The notes beneath the pieces were generated by a model, which made no database searches, was not told where the DNA came from, and worked only from the letters and a program-made list of their open reading frames with translations. Source: Bacteriovoracaceae bacterium (GTDB lineage: Bacteria > Bdellovibrionota > Bacteriovoracia > Bacteriovoracales > Bacteriovoracaceae). Taken from it: a stretch of DNA of 15,291 nt. The stretch's first letter is position 1; each line of letters starts with the position of its first letter. Shown one piece after another: positions 1 to 5,516 of the stretch. The stretch is from NCBI GenBank assembly GCA_049599895.1, contig JBMYPC010000074.1, forward strand, positions 1-15,291, in the 5' to 3' direction. The translations under genes were made by a program, and so were the position numbers.

Positions 1-64
1 AGTTGGTTAGAGCATCTCCCTTTTAAGGAGAGGGTCCTGTGTTCGAGTCACAGCGAGATCACCA
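1..64 (+). tRNA. tRNA-Lys (anticodon TTT), 5' end outside window
   Basis: Anticodon arm TCTCC-CTTTTAA-GGAGA, T arm CTGTG-TTCGAGT-CACAG, ends ACCA at 61-64. Confidence 0.95.
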
Positions 65-110
65 ACTGTTTAAAAATCTAGTCCCAACGACTAAAAGCAA
101 ACTCAAATTT

Positions 111-188
111 GCTCCCATCGTCTAGTCTGGCCTAGGACACCGCCTTTTCACGGCGGTAACAGGGGTTCGAATCCCCTTGGGAGTGCCA
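111..188 (+). tRNA. tRNA-Glu (anticodon TTC)
   Basis: Acceptor GCTCCCA/TGGGAGT, anticodon arm CCGCC-TTTTCAC-GGCGG (TTC at 147-149), T arm AGGGG-TTCGAAT-CCCCT, encoded CCA. Confidence 0.97.
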
Positions 189-348
189 TATTTGACCCCG
201 AAAAGTTAACTTAAGTGTTTAATTTTTCGGGGTTTTATTTTTTGTGCTCGATAAAGTCGGGGTCACTGGGGTCGTGTCAGTCGGCAAGGGTTCGGACTTT
301 ACTTTCGACTGCTCACTTTTCCATTTTTACATTCATGTGTGAATGGGT
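178..348 (+). repeat. 171-bp direct repeat, copy 1 (attL-like; begins in tRNA-Glu 3' end)
   Basis: Identical by eye to 3958..4128; flanks diverge at 177/3957 and 349/4129. Confidence 0.95.
195..243 (+). terminator. Intrinsic terminator after the tRNA pair
   Basis: 15-bp stem ACCCCGAAAAGTTAA / TTAATTTTTCGGGGT (one G-U pair), 9-nt loop, followed by TTTATTTTTT. Confidence 0.8.
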
Positions 349-862
349 TGTAATGGCCAATTAATTTCCCCATACAGGCGCATTTCTTGTCAATATATCG
401 AATTGTTCCATTACTTCCAAAGCAAGCTTCGACGTATTCTCTAGGGAACCTTTTATGAGCATCCTTAACTCTTAAATTGTGAATTGTAGTTTTAGAAAAA
501 CGTAAGACTTTGTTTATCTCCTTTCTAATTTCTACTAGGTCCTCCCTTGGCAATCCTCCGAGTGGCATATCCTTCTTCCTCACTGGCATGTGGACCTTAC
601 TTCTAAATTGTTTTTCTATTGAATTTCCAGAGTGGTAATCCCTTACTTCTTTTAAAGGTAGACCGTCAGGGGTAGATTTCACCATAAGGGCCAATTCCTG
701 AATTTCGGTTAATTTGTCCTCCGGTACCCTTCCCCTTGAAAACCACTTCTCCATGGCCGAGCTAGAAACCTCCAAAACACCGGCCCAATCCTTCCTAGAA
801 AATCCCTTCATTAGATTCTCTAACTCCTTTCTGGTGACTTCCTTGACCCTTTTTCTGGACAT
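299..862 (-). CDS. Protein with N-terminal Cro/XRE-like helix-turn-helix and uncharacterised Cys/His-containing C-terminus
   Basis: SRKDWAGVLEVSSSAMEKWFSRGRVP fits the HTH pattern. ATG at 862 is preceded by AGGTGG; the ORF track starts at GTG 871. Confidence 0.65.
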   Translation of the reverse strand: MSRKRVKEVTRKELENLMKGFSRKDWAGVLEVSSSAMEKWFSRGRVPEDKLTEIQELALMVKSTPDGLPLKEVRDYHSGNSIEKQFRSKVHMPVRKKDMPLGGLPREDLVEIRKEINKVLRFSKTTIHNLRVKDAHKRFPREYVEACFGSNGTIRYIDKKCACMGKLIGHYNPFTHECKNGKVSSRK

Positions 863-957
863 TGTGACCACCTATACAGCCTATTCTAGTTTTATAGGTC
901 TGTATCGGCAATAAAGTCTGGACCTAAAGGGCCCCGAGTCCTTCACTCTCATATTTC

Positions 958-982
958 AGTCGTTATAATTTATTTATAGTCG
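958..982 (+). repeat. 25-bp direct repeat, copy 1
   Basis: AGTCGTTATAATTTATTTATAGTCG, 23/25 identical to 3852..3876. Confidence 0.9.
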
Positions 983-985
983 CCT

Positions 986-1375
986 CTATTGTTTTTTCGG
1001 AAAAAGCTTTTTCGGAGGATTGTCTTTATGTGAAAAACGAGGAATGAGAGCATCAGCAACAATTTTACCGTCTTTAACAAAAACTAATAAATAGTATTCA
1101 TCATATAAAACTTGTGTGAATTCATCACATTTATAATAGCAGGAAAAATCAACTCCATCTCGGTCCTTTAGAATCTCATATGGAAAAATCACATATGCAT
1201 AATCATATCTATCGTCAGCAACCAAAGAATCTTTTCTAATATCAAAGTTACCAAACTCCTCACTCCAATCAACTACACCAGAAGAACAATAGTAAATTTT
1301 TCCAAACAGAATAAGGGCGAAAAGCAGCAAAGCAGCGACTATTACCTGAATTGTTCTAAGAAATATCTTTTTCAT
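986..1375 (-). CDS. Small N-terminally membrane-anchored protein (candidate immunity protein)
   Basis: 129 aa; hydrophobic segment IQVIVAALLLFALILFG; start overlaps the upstream stop (ATGA, 1372-1375). Confidence 0.65.
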   Translation of the reverse strand: MKKIFLRTIQVIVAALLLFALILFGKIYYCSSGVVDWSEEFGNFDIRKDSLVADDRYDYAYVIFPYEILKDRDGVDFSCYYKCDEFTQVLYDEYYLLVFVKDGKIVADALIPRFSHKDNPPKKLFPKKQ

Positions 1376-1977
1376 TTTTTATTAATTCTAAACCGCTTAT
1401 CTTTAATTAAACGTTCAAATTCTTTAATAATGTCTTGATCAAAGTTGGCCGATTCTTTTAACTTTTCACCTGCTTTTAAACCTAAAGAATTATTATGATA
1501 GTCCATATCAATAGATTCCTTTGTTCTTTTTGATGTTTGCTCGTGAGCATCAAGAAATTCTTTTGCTCTTTCAACTCCTATCTCTTTTGCTGAATAAGCA
1601 GACCATATAAAGTGCCTAAAAGCATCAGCTTCATTGTCTTGAGCAGGGTCTCCTGGATATCTTTTTTGCATTAAATTGATGGCCTTACGAGACGTTTTAT
1701 ACATCTTATACGCATCATATGGGTGTTTAAGTATTAAATCTAATTCTGCATCAGTTATTCTGACTTTTTTGTCGTAAGTCTTCAGTAGATCCATGAGCTT
1801 TCGATTACGATAGTCTTTATAGTAGTTTTCATCGTACTTAGAAGAAATTGCTAATCGTTGTCCTTTTGTTGGTAAAAATACTAAAAGAGAGGGTTTGAAT
1901 ATTGCGCTTTTTATTGACTCAGGAACATAGATTTTAATATTGACACTACTATAGCCACCATTTGAAGTTAACTTCAT
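1372..1977 (-). CDS. DUF6973-like (Wnt-related lipocone) domain protein; probably the 3' half of a frameshifted gene starting at 2684
   Basis: Motifs NEADAFRHFIWSA, G...A..FLDAHE and MDYHNNSLG. ATG at 1977 overlaps the upstream TGA; the ORF track extends to 2007. Confidence 0.7.
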   Translation of the reverse strand: MKLTSNGGYSSVNIKIYVPESIKSAIFKPSLLVFLPTKGQRLAISSKYDENYYKDYRNRKLMDLLKTYDKKVRITDAELDLILKHPYDAYKMYKTSRKAINLMQKRYPGDPAQDNEADAFRHFIWSAYSAKEIGVERAKEFLDAHEQTSKRTKESIDMDYHNNSLGLKAGEKLKESANFDQDIIKEFERLIKDKRFRINKK

Positions 1978-2684
1978 ATATAATAACCATCTTCCGTCAA
2001 AACCCACACCGGCTCGACTACTTTAGCTCTGCTGGAGGATGGTGCAAAAATTGACTCCAACTCTCTATAATCACTTTGGTATTCTCTAAAGCTATCTTTT
2101 AAACTTTTATACTGACCAATAACCTTTTGTACTTCTGAAGGTAGAAAATCGTTGGCAAAATTCTTGAATTGATTTTCAATAAATCTATTTCCAAAACGAC
2201 TCCCCGACAATAACCCCCATATTAGAGTTTGAGTATCTTCTCTTGATATTTGTTTGATATGATAGCTCTTTAATATTTTAGGAAGCCAGCTTCTGGACTT
2301 TAAATCTAATTTTCCCGGATAAGCTCCATCCCCTTTCAGGCCACGCTCTTCACCTCCATGAATACAAAAACTCTGGAGATTAAACTCATACGATTTACCT
2401 GGGGATAATCTCAACTCTCCCGAATTCTCTAACTCTCCAAGTTGTTTTAAAGTTTCCCTTCTTAGAATAGAGGCTATCTTCAAAGATTCTAAATCGCTTG
2501 CTTCATCTAGATCACTTATAATTTTTTTGAATATGTTGTAATGGCTCTGAAAACCCTGGGGCCTACTAGACTCTCTAGACTTCCAATAAGCATGATTAAA
2601 CTTTGTCTTCACGGGACCCGCTGTTGAACAAGAAAGCAACAAAATAAGTGGGAACAAAATGATGATAAGCTTATTACGCTTCAA
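1974..2684 (-). CDS. Lipoprotein with thioester-domain-like motifs; probably the 5' half of a frameshifted gene
   Basis: Signal peptide with lipobox LLSC (Cys19); SFCIH and TQTLIW motifs; TTG start overlaps the fic stop. Confidence 0.65.
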   Translation of the reverse strand: MKRNKLIIILFPLILLLSCSTAGPVKTKFNHAYWKSRESSRPQGFQSHYNIFKKIISDLDEASDLESLKIASILRRETLKQLGELENSGELRLSPGKSYEFNLQSFCIHGGEERGLKGDGAYPGKLDLKSRSWLPKILKSYHIKQISREDTQTLIWGLLSGSRFGNRFIENQFKNFANDFLPSEVQKVIGQYKSLKDSFREYQSDYRELESIFAPSSSRAKVVEPVWVLTEDGYYI

Positions 2685-3724
2685 TACTTACCTCTTTTAA
2701 TAACCTTCCAACTTGCTCCTCGTCCCTTTCCTTCCAATTTAACAATGTTATTCCTTTTAAACTCTGTTAAAACTTTCTTTATCAATTGATTGCTAACAGA
2801 GGGGCACAACCGTTCAATTTCTTTTAGTGAAAATGGCCCAACCTGTGAGAGAATAATTTTTTTTACAACATCAGTCTTCCCACCTCTTGACTCTACTAAT
2901 GGTGCCTTCTCTACTTTTTCACTCAATTCGTTATATGCTCTTCGTATATGAGAGACAAAAAACATCATCCAAGGAAAAGGATCGTGATTACCCTCATGCC
3001 AATCTTGAGAGGATTTTTTCAACACTGAGTAATAGTCCTCTTTTTGCTCTTCAACAATCCTTTCTAGGCTAATATATTTACCAATCTCGTAATTGTTTTG
3101 ATACAGAAGTAGAATTGTTAATAGTCTTGAAACTCTGCCATTGCCATCTCGAAAAGGGTGAATACATAAAAAATCTAATATTGTATTTGCGACAATCCCT
3201 AAGTCAGGACCATCTTGCTGAGAAATACAATGGCGGTATTTTAAGCACATCTGCTCGATTGCATTTGGTGTTTTTTCTGCAGAGACAGGAACAAAGCGGA
3301 CAACCCTTTCTCCATTTGGAAATATTTCTATAATCTCATTATTCTTTTTTTTAAATTTTCCAGCATCTCCACTAGAGTTTTCTTGGCAAAATAAATGGAG
3401 CCTCAAAAGAGTTTCTGAATTAATCTCAACTTTTTTATAGTTTTTATGAATCCAAGAAAGAGCATTTTTATATCCTAAAACCTCTTCTTCGGGTCGATCA
3501 ATAGGACGGACTTTTCCAGATAATAGGGGAAGTAATCTATCTTTTTCAACTTCAACTCCCTCAATCCTATTAGACGATTCTGCACTTTGAATAATGGCAA
3601 TTTCACGAAGAGCACCCATGGCCTCAGGTCGTGTTTTGTGCCACAAATCTTGCTTCCCTTTGGCCTCCATACACTGTCCAATAAGCCAAACAACGCCCTC
3701 AGGATATTTTAGTTCATTACTCAT
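2681..3724 (-). CDS. Fic-family protein (AMPylase) with N-terminal inhibitory motif and C-terminal winged HTH
   Basis: Canonical HPFRDGNGRVSR; inhibitory SNRIEG; C-terminal FSLKEIERLCPSVSNQLIKKVL...GKGRGASW; GGAG RBS upstream. Confidence 0.95.
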   Translation of the reverse strand: MSNELKYPEGVVWLIGQCMEAKGKQDLWHKTRPEAMGALREIAIIQSAESSNRIEGVEVEKDRLLPLLSGKVRPIDRPEEEVLGYKNALSWIHKNYKKVEINSETLLRLHLFCQENSSGDAGKFKKKNNEIIEIFPNGERVVRFVPVSAEKTPNAIEQMCLKYRHCISQQDGPDLGIVANTILDFLCIHPFRDGNGRVSRLLTILLLYQNNYEIGKYISLERIVEEQKEDYYSVLKKSSQDWHEGNHDPFPWMMFFVSHIRRAYNELSEKVEKAPLVESRGGKTDVVKKIILSQVGPFSLKEIERLCPSVSNQLIKKVLTEFKRNNIVKLEGKGRGASWKVIKRGKY

Positions 3725-3765
3725 ATTTCAAAGCTCCATTTCTAGACACTATAATTGCACAAAAG

Positions 3766-3810
3766 GTAGCTAATTAGTAGCCTACTATTTGTTAAGAGTA
3801 GCTATTTAGT
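3766..3810. promoter_or_regulatory. Candidate operator upstream of fic (13-bp direct repeats plus short palindrome)
   Basis: GTAGCTAATTAGT 3766..3778, GTAGCTATTTAGT 3798..3810, AGTAG-C-CTACT 3776..3786. Confidence 0.4.
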
Positions 3811-3851
3811 CCAGACTATACTTTCTTTTCTTCTCTGTTCTTACTCACTTT

Positions 3852-3876
3852 AGTCGTTATAATTATTTTATAGTCG
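3852..3876 (+). repeat. 25-bp direct repeat, copy 2
   Basis: AGTCGTTATAATTATTTTATAGTCG, 23/25 identical to 958..982. Confidence 0.9.
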
Positions 3877-3940
3877 GCATACATACCAGACTATATCGAG
3901 ATCTCAAATAGATAGCTCTCTAAATATTGAATATCTCTAC

Positions 3941-3981
3941 TCGGGGTCAAAAAAGGCTGGGAGTGCCATATTTGACCCCGA
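3941..3981. other. attP-like palindromic recombination site with 7-bp core
   Basis: TCGGGGTCAAAAAAGGC-TGGGAGT-GCCATATTTGACCCCGA; arms 15/17 complementary; core equals the tRNA-Glu 3' acceptor strand. Confidence 0.7.
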
Positions 3982-4128
3982 AAAGTTAACTTAAGTGTTT
4001 AATTTTTCGGGGTTTTATTTTTTGTGCTCGATAAAGTCGGGGTCACTGGGGTCGTGTCAGTCGGCAAGGGTTCGGACTTTACTTTCGACTGCTCACTTTT
4101 CCATTTTTACATTCATGTGTGAATGGGT
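3958..4128 (+). repeat. 171-bp direct repeat, copy 2 (tRNA 3' fragment, terminator, last 50 nt of HTH gene)
   Basis: Identical to 178..348 at offset 3,780. Confidence 0.95.
3975..4023 (+). terminator. Duplicate of the post-tRNA terminator hairpin
   Basis: Same stem-loop and T tract as 195..243. Confidence 0.7.
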
Positions 4129-4420
4129 AAACTTCTCAAACACACTTGCTCCCGCTTTTCGTGACACTAAACTAGAAGAAGACAATAACTTTGGATATGG
4201 TGCTCATTGGTGGCTGAATGTCGATATTCCTAAAAAGAAAGAAGTTCGCCCCTTTCCTATGCTCTCTGAAAAAGTTCTCTTAGGCCTAGGTCACCATGGA
4301 CAAATGCTTATTGTTCTTCCCACCCTCAATGCAGTTATCGTAAGAAATGGATCTGATAAAATAGAAAAGATTGATCGTAATATCTTTTTTAGTCTTTTCT
4401 TAAAAGGAGTAAGGCAATGA
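4121..4420 (+). pseudogene. C-terminal fragment of a beta-lactamase-family serine hydrolase (5' truncated)
   Basis: EWV..S...YGAHWWLN...GLGHHGQMLIVLPTLNAVIVRNG is typical of the family C-terminus. No SxxK; the upstream in-frame sequence is repeat DNA. Confidence 0.8.
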
Positions 4421-4695
4421 AGTATCTCTCGCTTCTTATTCTCCTTTCACTGAACTCAAGCTGTTTTCATATTGCCAAGGCCTTGCCCTCAAACTTTGCA
4501 AAAGAATACTGCTCCTGCCGCTTTGTAATGAATCAGACTGATGAGTATTGTGAAGACTATGTAACCCTTGAACAACTTCAGGTAGGAAGTTACGAGGTGG
4601 ACGAGGAAAGAAAAATTGTTCGCGCGAGATGGTTAGGAGTTGAAAGTGAGGCCATGCACTACTCAAAGTTTAGTGGATGTGGCCTTAGTCGATAG
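4417..4695 (+). CDS. Small lipoprotein with AKxxCSCxFV motif, commonly associated with beta-lactamase-like serine hydrolases
   Basis: Signal peptide ending SSC; AKEYCSCRFV and terminal SGC; AAGGAG RBS; ATGA overlap with the hydrolase stop. Confidence 0.75.
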   Translation: MKYLSLLILLSLNSSCFHIAKALPSNFAKEYCSCRFVMNQTDEYCEDYVTLEQLQVGSYEVDEERKIVRARWLGVESEAMHYSKFSGCGLSR

Positions 4696-5308
4696 AAACT
4701 TCCTGATTAACTGTTTTAATTCTTTTTCTCAATCCCTGAATAAATCTTAAAGGCCATTTCTTTTGAATTAAGTTCATAAGCCAAGTAGGAATCCAGCCTT
4801 TCATATCCCCATGAAATTCAAAGTTTATTTCTGTGAGATCTGGCGCTTTTTGAGTCAGGATGAGATTTAAGGTTTTAACATCCGCTTGAACATGGGAATT
4901 GTCTTTAAGAGAATTGTCCTCAATTGATTTTCCCGATAACAGATAGGAGCCATCTGAAATCTTTTGAATTTTCCCTTTTAAAAGAAACTCTCTGTCTGAA
5001 GCAGGCCAAGGAGTTTTGTAGTATTCAGAGAAAATATACTCCTCTTTGCTCAAAGCCTTATGCATTTTTACGTTCTTAAGTTTTGGTGACCACAAGTGTT
5101 TTTTCTTATGATCTCTTAAGATTTTTAATACTTGTTCTAAAGATGCACCCACGAAGCCATACGCCTTAAAAGGCATAATCGCCCCTTTTGTCTGTTTAGT
5201 ATAGATAGTTATTCCATCCTCTTCAGCGACCTTAGTCCACTCATTTGTGAAAGCACAAAAAGGGATAATAAAAACAAGAGCTAAGCTAACATACTGAAAA
5301 CACTTCAC
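4685..5308 (-). CDS. Secreted START-domain (lipid-binding) protein
   Basis: Signal peptide; WTKVAEEDGITIY, TPWPASDREF, DMKGWIPTWLMN; GTG start with AAGGA RBS. Confidence 0.9.
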   Translation of the reverse strand: MKCFQYVSLALVFIIPFCAFTNEWTKVAEEDGITIYTKQTKGAIMPFKAYGFVGASLEQVLKILRDHKKKHLWSPKLKNVKMHKALSKEEYIFSEYYKTPWPASDREFLLKGKIQKISDGSYLLSGKSIEDNSLKDNSHVQADVKTLNLILTQKAPDLTEINFEFHGDMKGWIPTWLMNLIQKKWPLRFIQGLRKRIKTVNQEVSID

Positions 5309-5516
5309 ATTTGGTCCTTTTCCATGAAACCTCCAGAAAAGTTTGGCATATCAAACATGTTATTATCAACAAATTTTTGCTTTGTTTGTGAAAATCTAAC
5401 GATCATTTTCTTTACGCCCCTAGAAGTTTTTCAGGTTTAACCAACTGTAAATAGAGGCGTGATAAATTTTAATGAGTTTAATCATTATTTTATTTGTCTT
5501 TTTTCTGGAGAAAAAA

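Larger units (their letters stand above)
178..3964. mobile_element. Small tRNA-Glu-targeted integrative element/islet (3,780-bp unit), no integrase encoded
   Basis: Bounded by duplicated tRNA 3' end TGGGAGTGCCA; palindromic att-like site at 3941..3981; accessory cargo (HTH, Fic, toxin-like domain). Confidence 0.75.

Noticed and set aside
79..93. TAGTC-CCAAC-GACTA palindrome in the tRNA spacer
   Set aside because: A 5-bp stem outside the element; may be chance or a tRNA-processing structure.
958..3876. 25-bp repeats as a CRISPR array, integron attC sites or the chromosomal dif
   Set aside because: Only two copies 2.9 kb apart, no cas genes, no attC-type long hairpin with RYYYAAC/GTTRRRY ends, and no XerD-box match.
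178..3964. Unit as an IS, transposon or prophage
   Set aside because: No transposase, terminal inverted repeats with target duplication, or phage structural genes.
3995..4120. N-terminal part of the 141-aa ORF 3995..4420
   Set aside because: It is translated repeat/terminator DNA that happens to be in frame with the hydrolase fragment.
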